A stretch of DNA of 62,935 nucleotides, filler included, from Globobulimina sp. (taxonomy: Eukaryota): assembly GCA_003354225.1 (NCBI GenBank). It is 46 parts of 46 records of this genome, joined end to end, with 100 filler letters (N's around TTAATTAATTAA, not from the genome) between each part and the next. Parts side by side here need not be neighbours in the genome. Positions count along the whole stretch, not along the records: positions 45,233 to 46,502 come from PIVH01019738.1; positions 46,603 to 47,872 come from PIVH01019739.1; positions 47,973 to 49,242 come from PIVH01019740.1; positions 49,343 to 50,612 come from PIVH01019741.1; positions 50,713 to 51,982 come from PIVH01019742.1; positions 52,083 to 53,352 come from PIVH01019743.1; positions 53,453 to 54,721 come from PIVH01019744.1; positions 54,822 to 56,090 come from PIVH01019745.1; 38 more parts are not named here. One strand, 5' to 3'. The first letter of the stretch is position 1. Every line of letters starts with the position of its first letter. Below are positions 45,948-57,559 of this stretch, in pieces. Both the position numbers and the translations under genes were made by a program. The notes under the pieces are model-generated. The model was given only the letters and a program-made list of their open reading frames with translations. It was not told the DNA's origin and ran no database searches.

Positions 45948-46502
45948 TCATTTAAGATTTGTGGCCATGAATTTAATATTTCTGTCCTCTTGGTTTTGAG
46001 AGTAAATCTGTTGATAATACTTTGCAATTTTAGGCTTTCTATAATTCGAAAACGTGACAGGATACTCGGCACAACATTTATCAGCAACACTTTGTTTATT
46101 TTTACCAATCCAATACCAATCATTATCTCTCCACTCATTCATACGGAAATAATGGTCCTTTATTTGGAATATTAAAAAATATTCAGCTTCAACTTCATCC
46201 CGAATTGGTCCAATATTTATATTTAAATCATCTAAGCAAAAAGCACCAAAATCATTTTCCGAATGATGCTCACAATTCGATGAGTGACATTCTATAATGT
46301 CAGCCACAATAACTTCATTATTAGTAACTTGTTTATATGCCAATACACCAATTTGTTTAATAAATTCGTTATTCATTGCATAGAGCGATAATCCATAAAT
46401 AAAATCCGTGCATTGGTCATATTGGATATAATGCCCCAATATTTGTGACTTTGTCATATCAAATTTGTTCAAATTATTTTCGTCAAACACCAATTTCTCA
46501 AA
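45948..46502 (-). CDS. Hypothetical protein fragment
   Basis: 181-aa ORF in track; no recognised motif. Confidence 0.4.
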   Translation of the reverse strand, partial: FEKLVFDENNLNKFDMTKSQILGHYIQYDQCTDFIYGLSLYAMNNEFIKQIGVLAYKQVTNNEVIVADIIECHSSNCEHHSENDFGAFCLDDLNINIGPIRDEVEAEYFLIFQIKDHYFRMNEWRDNDWYWIGKNKQSVADKCCAEYPVTFSNYRKPKIAKYYQQIYSQNQEDRNIKFMATNLK

Positions 46503-46797
46503 NNNNNNNNNNNNNNNNNNNNNNNNNNNNNNNNNNNNNNNNNNNNTTAATTAATTAANNNNNNNNNNNNNNNNNNNNNNNNNNNNNNNNNNNNNNNNNN
46601 NNCCTAAATTTCACGAAAAATAATAAAAATGTGATGATTAGGATTTTGAACCCAAATATTCTTGATCTCCTTAAGCATCCTCACAACAAATTAAATGGAG
46701 TGGGATGACCGTCAATTCCCATCAATTTGTCACAAGGTGTGACTGTTCGAAACAAGAAGTTTTTTAAAATTTGCAGCATTATCGGACAGTCCTAGTA

Positions 46798-47872
46798 ATG
46801 CAACCGTTGGATCATTTATTTTCCGAGCCGATCCAAAGTAAAATTTCATCATTTTTATGTTATCCATGCTGCACAAATTGGAGTCATGTATCCTCATCAA
46901 CGTACAAATCGACATTACATTTATCGGCTCGACATTTAATATTATTTTTCAGCGCAGCACACATCACATTATTTGACATAACCCCCTTATTAAAGACAAA
47001 TAAGAGTCGCATCCCAACAACAAATGACATACTTGACATAAATACGTTCGATACAATAATTTTCCAGAATTGTTACGTAAACAGTCAACACGTATTGGAT
47101 GAGATTATTCTGTCGCCCTTAAATGAGAGTTTTGTATTTAAAAATAGATTGCGATTTTGTTCGTTAATTCGGACTTTATACAGATGCAAAAAAGCAGAAT
47201 CATTGACTTTACTGTTTGATCATAATCAGCCATCCACTTATTCATTAATGCCAATCTGGGATAAATATTTAAAAATAATTGCAAATCATATCCTATTTTC
47301 TTCGCATTCAAACAATAAAATCACGCAATATCATTTATGGAAATTGAAGACATTAAAATTAAAGTTTGCTCATTCATGGCTCACAAATAACATTTGTTTA
47401 ATTCTGGATTGCTTAAATAATAATAAATTAATCAAATGGAAATTAATTAAAAATTTGGAAATAACCTCGCTTAATTTCCATTCCTTATCATTGCTGCAAT
47501 GTGATTTTAAACGTATACTCTCGTTTTGGTGCAAATCGATCAATGCTTCAATGATTTGTACATATTTAGGTCTCATTGCTATATATTTACATATTTGCAT
47601 CACATATATATATGAATTATATTTACATAAAATATACAGAACCAAAAGGCAATGAGTGGGACGACCAATTTGTAAATAAATTATTGCAGTCATATAAATC
47701 GCTGCCATCCTCCTTAAAAATATTGCAATTATTTACTACCTTTTCACGCGTACCCAAATTGGAAGCAATTTGTTCCAATCACAAATTAAATATTTCCTTA
47801 ATACCATATTCCACCATACATAAAACACTGCGGTTCGATTTATACAACGATATATTCATAGAATTAAATATT
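46798..47872 (+). CDS. F-box/LRR-like protein; intron 47570-47639
   Basis: LDHLFSEPIQSKISSFL N-terminus, LKTLKL-type repeats; the intron joins ORFs 46771 and 47576 in frame. Confidence 0.5.
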
Positions 47873-47972
47873 NNNNNNNNNNNNNNNNNNNNNNNNNNNN
47901 NNNNNNNNNNNNNNNNTTAATTAATTAANNNNNNNNNNNNNNNNNNNNNNNNNNNNNNNNNNNNNNNNNNNN

Positions 47973-49103
47973 TTTACATAGTGCTCTTTTAAACTGTATC
48001 AGCTCGCAAATAAATAATAGATTCTCCACTGATAATTCCACCGTTAAATGCATCATAAATAGGTTAAAGCCATGCTTTGTGCGTAACAAATTATATAATT
48101 TCCTCTTTCTAATCCCAACTGGCTCCATTTCTGAATTTGTGGAAGCTGACAAAAACAACGATGGAGTTAATTGTCCAATGAATGAATTTGTTTTACTAAG
48201 TTCTTTGCTCGAGTCGTCAACCACATGTTTCATTTTTGGCCGAATTACGTGATTAAAATCATTTTTTTTCAAGACCCAAAGTGTGCACACATAGCATAAC
48301 AATGTATACTGTATGCAACTTACGAAGGATCCCAAATAAATCTGTAACTGCACATTCTTTACAGTGAGACCAACACATAAAAAAATTACCAAATGTAAAA
48401 ATAATGAAACACCCATAATAATGATACATAATACCAACTCATCGCGAATAAAATATTGATCTGTAATGGGCGAGATTCTATATGCAATATATGAGATTAC
48501 TAAGAAAGGCGGTGTTAATAAACAGAAAGTTGCGATATCAAAAGGTATTGCTAAGCTTGCAATTGGTAACAGAATCACTGTTATCATCCAACAGACGACT
48601 AAACATGGCGAGGTTTGACGGAATGAACCAAGTAACTCTTGGTTGGCAAAGAAAAAATTGTCATTCTCATTGTAGTCGGGGTTTAATTGTCGTTTCCATA
48701 CTAATTTTGCCTGTGCGACGGCGTGTTTGTAGCTATAAAAAACCATCCAAAATCGCTGAAGAAATGTAAAATATATTCCATATGCACCTAATGCATACGC
48801 GAAAAACTGGAATGGATCATTTTCGTCACCATATTCAAATGGTAAATCGATTATATTCATTTGATAGATTAGGAATGAAATTGGTCGCTCGATGGCTACA
48901 AAAAATATACAAAATGCGATGGTTACATAGATTGTTGATGGGTGGCGACGGTTAAAAAATGTTTCATTGTCTTCTTTTATTCGATTTTTAGAGCGTTTAT
49001 AAAACACAAATCCAAAATATGTCATTAATGGTAAAAATAATACCAAATTCAGTCCAACTATAATACATCCAAGTATAGAATATGAAATATATGACTCAGC
49101 CAT
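47973..49103 (-). CDS. 7TM-RGS fusion protein, 3' partial
   Basis: Seven TM segments, RRHP, DQYFIRDEL, then GFNLFMMHLTVELSVENLLFICELIQFK. Confidence 0.88.
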
Positions 49104-49411
49104 TGTATTAATAGTCAGACGTTTTTAAAAAAGGCAAGGGCGACTACAGGAGACGGATTTGCCCAGAACTGGCTGCAAGTCGTCAAATTATTTAGGTTCA
49201 ATTCCTTGTTTTTGGTTATTTTTCCAAATGTGCTCATTATCTNNNNNNNNNNNNNNNNNNNNNNNNNNNNNNNNNNNNNNNNNNNNTTAATTAATTAANN
49301 NNNNNNNNNNNNNNNNNNNNNNNNNNNNNNNNNNNNNNNNNNCATATCAAAATATTTAACCAAAAGGAAATACGTTATGATCGATTCATTAAAGGCAGTA
49401 AATTAATATCG

Positions 49412-50612
49412 ATGGCGCAAATTGGTTGCAAATTCCCGAGCAAATTATCACCAGTTTTTCAATATATTTATGTTCCATACAAATCAAAACCAATATTAAA
49501 TCAATTCATAGCAAAAAATCTTCCAGTTTCTACAGTTGAACATTTAAAACAAAACATCACAAATAAATATAACGTTCCTATCGATGAATTATATGTTGCC
49601 GCTGTAAAGAATCATAAAATACAACAAATATTAAGTGATCAAGAGCTAATGTCCGATATTTCCGAAGGTATTGAATTATTTGTTTATCATTCACCATTAC
49701 CAGAGGAAGAAAACAAAAAACCATTCAAAATTCATCACAAACATAATGATGAATATATTGGTATTCCACTAATAATATCATATCCAGTTAAAGATGACGT
49801 ACCTGGTTCATATTTATGGCAGAGGTTATTAGAATCAATGCAACCATTTATGGTAACAAATGATAATCAAAATCTACCTTTTACATTTGGCAGTCATTGG
49901 TACAATGATCAAAGAAGTGGAGAGTTACAAAACAGCGATGCAAGAAGCTATCGTATGACAGGTGATAAAAGCATTCATTTTAGTGTATATTGGTCTGATA
50001 TATCAGGTCATGATGACAGTTATACCATAGATGAAGAAAAACAAGACGACGTTTTTGAATTAGATATATTTGATAAAGATCAAAAGATACCGTCGCCAAT
50101 TTTGAAATATCCAAATAATTTTAAAATCTATGAAGATGAAAAGAAATTGTTGGAAATAGATAAAAATATTATAAATCAAATAATGGCGGCTTCCAATCAA
50201 GACAATCAAACCAATGATGTAAAACCCATTGCTGTTGAAAGTGTCGATGCTTTGTTTACTAAACATAATAATATATTAAGTCAATGGAACGAAACAACAA
50301 ATAAATTGGATGCAATGCATAATTATACGCCAAATGAGGATGAAACAAAAGAAACATTGTATGAAAAATATGAATCATTTTGCCCAATAATTGAAAAACA
50401 ACAACATAGAATGCAACAATTGTCGACCAATCAATATGTAATACAATTAATGAAACAACAAGAAATCTTATATGTTGAGCATCTATTTTATGTATATCAT
50501 AACTGAAATGATTATATTTCTGTTAATAGCAATCAATGATTTTAGCTGAAGCAGTTTTAGCAAACAAACAATTGGAAATAGAAAAATTAAATAAACAATC
50601 CAATGTATTGCA
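49412..50612 (+). CDS. Protein with USP4/15-insert-like (Ubl) region followed by coiled coil; intron 50474-50529
   Basis: TVEHLKQNI...ELYVAAVKNHKIQQIL...LFVYH, IGIPLIISYP; spliced coiled coil continues QSMILAEAVL. Confidence 0.5.
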
Positions 50613-50815
50613 NNNNNNNNNNNNNNNNNNNNNNNNNNNNNNNNNNNNNNNNNNNNTTAATTAATTAANNNNNNNNNNNNNNNNNNNNNNNNNNNNNNNN
50701 NNNNNNNNNNNNAATCTTGAGTATCTTTGCTTCTTTTTGTGTGGTTAGTTTATAGGTAAACGATTAATAAGGGATCAGTTAAAAGAAATAAAATTAAACT
50801 CTATTTGTTTACAAA

Positions 50816-51601
50816 TTAAGGTATGAGTCGAGCTTCCCTGAACATTGGGATTATTAATTTTTTTAAAATTGCTATTTTGATAGCAACATCTTGTGCGAGA
50901 GTAAGACACTCCGTAGCTTCAACTAATGTGATGCCCATTGGTCTCCATCTCAGATACATTACAGTATTCCTATCAGGCACGATATTCAATACAATCATTC
51001 TCCTAAAATAATATATGAGCAGATCATGCCTATGAAGCACAGTCTTATCACTATGGCTATACATCACTAACCAACGCATCATTTGATTAAACAGCATCGG
51101 TGAATCCAGCCTGACATTATCTAAACCTCTTTTTAGTGATTTCTTATCTGCCTGGTATTCAACAATCCAGTTTTCAATCAATAGCTGCGCCTTCGAATAG
51201 TCATCAAATGACATCGACTGTACATAAACACCGATTAGTTTGACATAGCATAATTGATTTGGTTTAAGCTTGCAATGTCGGCCAACAGTAATATAATTCC
51301 ACACTGTTTCAGCCAATTCAACATTAGGCCCGGTCCATTTGCATGCATCCAAAACTGGACCAATTAATAAATTATCCCTTAATGTGACATTTTGTTTCAA
51401 AATATTATTCGTAAATGAATCAATTATTAAATTCCATTGGCCGTCGTTTCTCCATACTTTGTATTTCAGCCATAATTGAGTTATAATGTCAGTGTCCCAG
51501 TCCGTGGCCGACTGCATTGGGGATCCTGCGGGCACAACATATGAAGCATCGGAATAAAATATCATAAATAACATTACAATCACCAATAGTGAGCATTTCA
51601 T
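50816..51601 (-). CDS. Signal-peptide-bearing protein with PPR-like helical repeats
   Basis: MKCSLLVIVMLFMIFYSDA; VLDACK...ELAETVW, LKPNQLCYVKLIGVY, IVPDRNT. Confidence 0.6.
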   Translation of the reverse strand: MKCSLLVIVMLFMIFYSDASYVVPAGSPMQSATDWDTDIITQLWLKYKVWRNDGQWNLIIDSFTNNILKQNVTLRDNLLIGPVLDACKWTGPNVELAETVWNYITVGRHCKLKPNQLCYVKLIGVYVQSMSFDDYSKAQLLIENWIVEYQADKKSLKRGLDNVRLDSPMLFNQMMRWLVMYSHSDKTVLHRHDLLIYYFRRMIVLNIVPDRNTVMYLRWRPMGITLVEATECLTLAQDVAIKIAILKKLIIPMFREARLIP

Positions 51602-52082
51602 ATTACTTATTTGTAAGCGAATTTATGAGAATAACAAATTTTTAATGCGTGCGAATTTGCGGTAATGTCCGCAATGAATGAGTGCAATAAGCAGCTGTAA
51701 GTAAACAACAAGTCCGTAAATTGATAAATAATCATTGATAAATAATTAAACCACTTGATAGAATTAGATATTTCTGCTTAGATTAAAAACAGCGAATAGG
51801 TAGTGGATGATTGGAAATAATGTGTTGTTCATAAAAGACGTTGGAATTTTTGTGTTGTGATGCTATTTGTATCTACATTTGTTGGTTGTATTGTTGGTTC
51901 AAATGTGTTGTAAAGTTTTTTGGGGAAAATTGTCGACGTTTACCAATCAAATATGGTAAGGTACCACCTATAGGTACCACCANNNNNNNNNNNNNNNNNN
52001 NNNNNNNNNNNNNNNNNNNNNNNNNNTTAATTAATTAANNNNNNNNNNNNNNNNNNNNNNNNNNNNNNNNNNNNNNNNNNNN

Positions 52083-52398
52083 TCCGTAAGCGTGAACAAG
52101 GATGAGGACTCGGGGGCCTACCTTGTCAACTATCAGGATCCTTCGACTCCAGCCACGCTCTTCACCGTTTCCGACCTGGACGATGTCACAAACCGGTCTT
52201 CCTGGGTTCAATTGACCAATGCGAACCCCCAGGTTCGGGACTTCGCCCTGGGCAACGGGGCGGAGGTAGAGTGGACGTCCACGGATGGCAAGATGGTGGG
52301 TGGGGTTCTTACGTACCCGGTGGGCTACGAAGAGGGCACAAGGTACCCTCTGGTCGTTTCCATCCACGGCGGTCCGGCCTCCGCCGATATCCTCAATT
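52083..52398 (+). CDS. Bacterial S9-family (prolyl oligopeptidase-like) peptidase fragment
   Basis: GC-rich; QLTNANPQ...EWTSTDGKMVGGVLTYPVGYEEGTRYPLVVSIHGGP. Confidence 0.88.
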
Positions 52399-52574
52399 TC
52401 CATACATGTACATTTTCCGTACTTGACACTTAAAACATCAGCTATAAAACAATGTATTCTCCCCGTAGCCATTCATCCCCATACAAGTTGCTATCAATTC
52501 ACTCCTCGAATACGCACTCGCATTCACACCCTCACTCGCAACATTCCCTCACGCATTCGCTGACTCAACCATTC

Positions 52575-53352
52575 GAGAAAAGAGACAGTAATTTGAACAA
52601 ACCGAAATGGGCCCAACTAAGCCTGAGAAATACAGATTGCAAATCCGAGACCAAAGAATTAATAATGTTGGGCTGCCCAATTGGATTCAGTTTGGCGACG
52701 CGCGTTTTACAAATGTTTACGGATCAAGCAATGGTCGGCCATCTTGGTACTAATTACCTGGCAGCCTCAGCAATGGCTGATATCTTAATGGGCTTTTTTA
52801 CCACATATATCTTTGCCTTCTGCGGCGCAATAAATGTATTATGTGCGCAAGCATTTGGCGCCAAGAACCTGCCGCAAGTCGGCGAATGGCTGCAATTGGG
52901 CTGCGTTCTGGCAGCGGTTCTATCAATACCTACTTTTTTCGCGTATAACTACTGTGAACAGGTTTTGCTTCATTTTGGAGCATCTGACGACATCGCAGCA
53001 TTAAGCGGAGATTTTGCGCGTTGGTCAATGATATCCATTCTGCCAAGCAGCCAATTTATGGCAATAAGGTGTGTGTGCATACTGACTATGAATATTTGTA
53101 TTTGAGTTATAATTGTAATGTTATACTATAACTACGGCACAGAATGTATTTCAAAGCGCAGTCCAATGTGTTGCCGGCAACCTATATCTGTGCAGTAATG
53201 GTTGTTTTTAATTTATTGGCAAACTTAATATTAGTTTATGGATACGGCATAAATTGGATTACGAACGCGGTGAATGGAACGGGTTGGAATGGTTTGGGTT
53301 TCATAGGCTCGCCAATTGCGACCGCCATCACACGCACAATGCAGTACTTTGT
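52575..53352 (+). CDS. Eukaryotic MATE transporter, partial; intron 53069-53142
   Basis: TDQAMVGHLGTNYLAAS, LCAQAFGAKN, YFKAQSNVLP, GLGFIGSPIATAI. Confidence 0.9.
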
Positions 53353-53452
53353 NNNNNNNNNNNNNNNNNNNNNNNNNNNNNNNNNNNNNNNNNNNNTTAA
53401 TTAATTAANNNNNNNNNNNNNNNNNNNNNNNNNNNNNNNNNNNNNNNNNNNN

Positions 53453-53688
53453 ATGAGTCTTGTTGGCCCCCGGCCTGAACTTCCCTGGCTGGTTGATTTG
53501 TATGAACCGTGGCAGTACAAACGTTTCGCCGTTCCGCAGGGCATTACCGGTTGGTGGCAAGTAAACGGCCGTTCAGATAAGATCATGCACCAAAATGTTG
53601 AAGACGACATCTATTACGTGCAAAACTATTCACTTTGGATGGATATTTATATTTTAATGAAAACGCCGTGGGTGGTACTTCGGGGAAA
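53453..53688 (+). CDS. Bacterial sugar transferase (WcaJ/CpsE-type phosphoglycosyl transferase) C-terminus
   Basis: MSLVGPRPE, GITGWWQVNGRS, DIYYVQNYSLWMDIYILMKT..VVLRGK. Confidence 0.93.
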
Positions 53689-54720
53689 ATTGAATGATTG
53701 GCCAAAAGAGCTAAAAGTAAATAGATCCAAACTGCCATGGTGTAAGTTACCAGAATGTTCATCAAATACATCGCCAAAAAATTCGATGGCCTCAAACAAA
53801 TATCGACCAAACCAATAGAAAGCACGTTGATGCGCTGCGATAACACTTGACTGCTCCACATTATTTAGTAGCAAATACGATTTTGCTAAAGCACGAGCAT
53901 ACTTTTCTTTATTTATATAAATTATTAAAGCTAATAAATGCTTAATGCCAATCGGTTGGAATTTTTCAATGCCGAAATTCTTCTCAGAGCGGTTTGCAAC
54001 TAAATTAATTTTTGCTTCACATTTTTGCTTGGCATCACGTATATATTTCGTAAAGGTATCCACTGTCAGATTACATTTGTTATTCATAATGCATTCCTCC
54101 GCAAATGACTCGTACATTGGCTGCATTACTTCGTACCGCATTGCTATACCTTTCTCGTATTCAATGTAGCCAACGGTTTGCAAGCTATCTAATGTTATTC
54201 CTGCATCATTTTCTCGTGAAGATTCTCTGGCTAATAATAATAAGTCTGGGTCACTTTGAACAAACTCTGCTTCTGAAAAAGGCAATATTTTCACTAATGA
54301 TTCCTTGCTGAGATTAATTTTAGCTCTTTCTGCATTATATTTATTTTGCAATGCTGCAAAATTGTGAAAATTGTCTGTTTCTTTTAATAAAACATTAAAA
54401 TCTGGAATAATATGTTTAGTTTGGTAATAAGTTAAAAGTGTTTTAATTCGCAACTTATGTTTAGCTGTTAACATATGATCAAACTCATTGAATAATGTAA
54501 TCATTGTTTTGGTGTCCGGATCGATAAAGAATTCAGTGCTGATTATCTCTTTTAAATGTTCGAATAATTTTGCGAAAATAACATGGGCTGTATTGTCCAA
54601 ACCTTGCCAGTAAGGGTCATAGTGACGATCCATTTCAGCAATGAACAACGCCTTGCCCTTGTCGCCTAAAGCCTCTTTCAAGGCCGAGTAAAGCCAAATT
54701 TGGGCCGCGAAGCGGCCCAA
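53660..54720 (-). CDS. Hypothetical protein with possible ADP-ribosyltransferase-like domain, cut at the chimeric junction
   Basis: HLLALIIY...FYWFGRYLFEAIEFFG...LHHG...FNFPRSTT. Confidence 0.5.
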
Positions 54721-55457
54721 ANNNNNNNNNNNNNNNNNNNNNNNNNNNNNNNNNNNNNNNNNNNNTTAATTAATTAANNNNNNNNNNNNNNNNNNNNNNN
54801 NNNNNNNNNNNNNNNNNNNNNGATAGTTCTCGTCGGCTAAGCGATATGGATGAAATGGTTATGCCGATACCAACAAATATTGCGGAATGTAATGAGTTTC
54901 CAAAAGCAATATCAGTTTTAAGTGAACTGACTGATGCAGAAAATGATGGCTATGATAGTGATTGACAGAATAAGTTTACTTTTTTATTTTATTTTATTGC
55001 GTATATAATGTTTATAGAATAGATTATTATAATTAATAGTAAGTATTTTGTTTTTTTTCATTGTAAGAAACGCGTGTTTTTTAATAAGTAGTGATTAGTC
55101 ATTATTGTGTTCTTTAAGGAGATGGTACTTCTCCTGAAAGTATGCGAAGTCATTTGTTACGCATATACATATACATATACATATACTACCGTGATACAAA
55201 CTGTTACTTTTCATAATTTCAATAGCCCTCTCGCTGTCTGCAAGTTCGCTCGTAGCTGGCACTAATTTTTCAGAAGCTGCTGCATTCATATTTATAAAAA
55301 TAGATGTAAAACAAAAATATCTTCTTAAAATAGAGTTTTCATGGGAATTAGCATTTTTTTTTTTTAAATCAGGCAAAAGCATTCTTGCTTGTCGATTAGT
55401 TGTATTTACAGAACAAATCAAAGCAGATCATAGCCCTAAAGAATCTGCATTAACAGC

Positions 55458-56090
55458 ATGCTATTTACATATCAAAAACGAATTTCTTTTGGATTATGTG
55501 CATTATTCATTTATTATTTTGCGTTTCCATTCTTCGAATCATATGAAATTGGTCAATCGGAATCTAATCATGCTGCCACATTCCACCTTAATTATTTATC
55601 TCTTTATATTATATCTATGTATCAAAATTCACAAGAAATAATCCCAATAAATTACGACAAAATAACTCTCATCATCGCATTTATAATTTCATTATTATTG
55701 CTTTGTGAAATATTATTTTATTTACGATGGCGATATTTAGAAAATTATATCAATTCAAACATAACAATATTTGACACCTCGCCAAGTATAACCAATAAGA
55801 AACGCGATCATTTGCTTAAAATGTGTGCAAAATACGCTGCATTTCATGGAGATGGTATCCGTGGATGGCTGAGTCTCGTGTTCAAAGGATATGAATTTGA
55901 TAAACTTTGTTATGACAATGTGAGCCAATATTTAGATTGGGCCTCTTTCTTAGAAACTGCAACAAAAGCAAGCAACAGACATAACTTCAAACAATTCGCC
56001 ATGGAGTCTATTCAAAATATGACAGATCACACTTTTATCACTGGCTATAATCCAGAAATATCATTTGTACACAACACAAATGATAATAGA
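55458..56090 (+). CDS. Membrane protein N-terminus, 3' partial
   Basis: N-terminal hydrophobic helices; open to contig edge. Confidence 0.5.
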
Positions 56091-56190
56091 NNNNNNNNNN
56101 NNNNNNNNNNNNNNNNNNNNNNNNNNNNNNNNNNTTAATTAATTAANNNNNNNNNNNNNNNNNNNNNNNNNNNNNNNNNNNNNNNNNNNN

Positions 56191-56452
56191 AAAATGTACT
56201 ATAATCGCATCGTCTGTGTGCGTCATCCCAGACCAAAGGGGGTGAAGCAGGCGCACAAAGTCGCCCATCATACAATAAAAATCCTCCCACACAGCTTGCG
56301 TAAACATGACATCCTAAACATGATGGATAATCACCATCAGGTAAACCTGAACAACTAGTGATACATTCTCTACATTCAAAGGCGTGACTAACTACCAATA
56401 AGGTTACACATTCTCTACTTAATACCAATAATGCAATCACTAAACGAATCAT
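56191..56452 (-). CDS. Secreted chitin-binding peritrophin-A (CBM14) domain protein, 3' partial
   Basis: Signal peptide; CSGLPDGDYPSCLGCHVYASC...C...LVWDDAHRRCDY. Confidence 0.8.
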
Positions 56453-56531
56453 GACGATGAATTGGAGGATATGTTGCGGTTTTGTGAGTTAAGTTTTTTT
56501 TTTATCTTAACAAAGTAAACTCAACTACATC

Positions 56532-57459
56532 ATGTCACAAACCACCTCAAATAATGAAGACTGTAAGCAGCTGCAGCATAAGACCAATGCTAATATGATG
56601 CAGGGTTGTTTTGATGAATTAATTTCGAATTCAGCCAATCTTTACCTTGACACAAAGATTGCTACATTATCAAAACCGCCAACCTCATTGGAATTTTACA
56701 GGGACTATGTGTCATGGAATCGGCCATGTATTATTCAACATGCTTTTGACCATTGGCCTGCGACATATCTTTGGAGCAATGCATACCTTCGTAAAACAAT
56801 GGGTGATAAAATTATCACTGTTGCAGCCACACCAAATGGATTTGCTGACGCTGTTTTCGATCATAAATACTTTGTGTTGCCACAGCAAAGATTAATGAAA
56901 TTGGCCGACTTTGTGGATCACTTAGAATTTTGGCATGATCATAATGCACAAGAATGTGCATGGAATATACAAGCTGTTCAACAAAATGAATACAAAAAAT
57001 ATCCGGTTCAACAGATTGAAGACGAAAAAGCTACGGAAAAAAAGATTAATTTCACTGAAACCAAAACTGAGACTGACACAGAGACTGCGACTGATAATTA
57101 CTGTGAATTATGTAATGGAATATTATATTGTCAGTTGCAAAATGGATGTATGAAAGATGAATATTTATCATTGTGCAATGACATTGAGATGGACATTGAA
57201 TGGGTTTCAAATGCATTGAATAAAAAACCTGACGCTGTGAATTTTTGGATGGGAGAAAACAGATCAATCAGCTCAATGCACCAAGATCCATTTGAGAATA
57301 TTTACTGTGTTATTGCTGGAGAAAAAACGTTCACTTTATATCCACCGACAGATGAGATTTATTTAAAGAAAATACCATTTAAAAAAGCTATTTATAATTT
57401 TGATGATGTGAATAGGATTTGGAGTATTGATTGCCATCCGAAATGGGAATATGTTGCCT
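56532..57459 (+). CDS. JMJD7: JmjC/cupin-8 hydroxylase JMJD7-like, 3' partial
   Basis: FYRDYVSWNRPCII, VAATPNGFADAV, PDAVNFWMG...SMHQDPFENIYCVIAGEKTFTLYPP. Confidence 0.92.
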
Positions 57460-57559
57460 NNNNNNNNNNNNNNNNNNNNNNNNNNNNNNNNNNNNNNNNN
57501 NNNTTAATTAATTAANNNNNNNNNNNNNNNNNNNNNNNNNNNNNNNNNNNNNNNNNNNN

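Noticed and set aside
52083-53720. Genuine bacterial HGT into the host
   Set aside because: Fragments are cut mid-domain, not ameliorated, intronless and at contig ends; chimerism is simpler, though not disproved without reads
30164-54720. NADAR plus ART-like gene as a linked toxin-antitoxin system
   Set aside because: They are on different contigs; adjacency in this window is arbitrary
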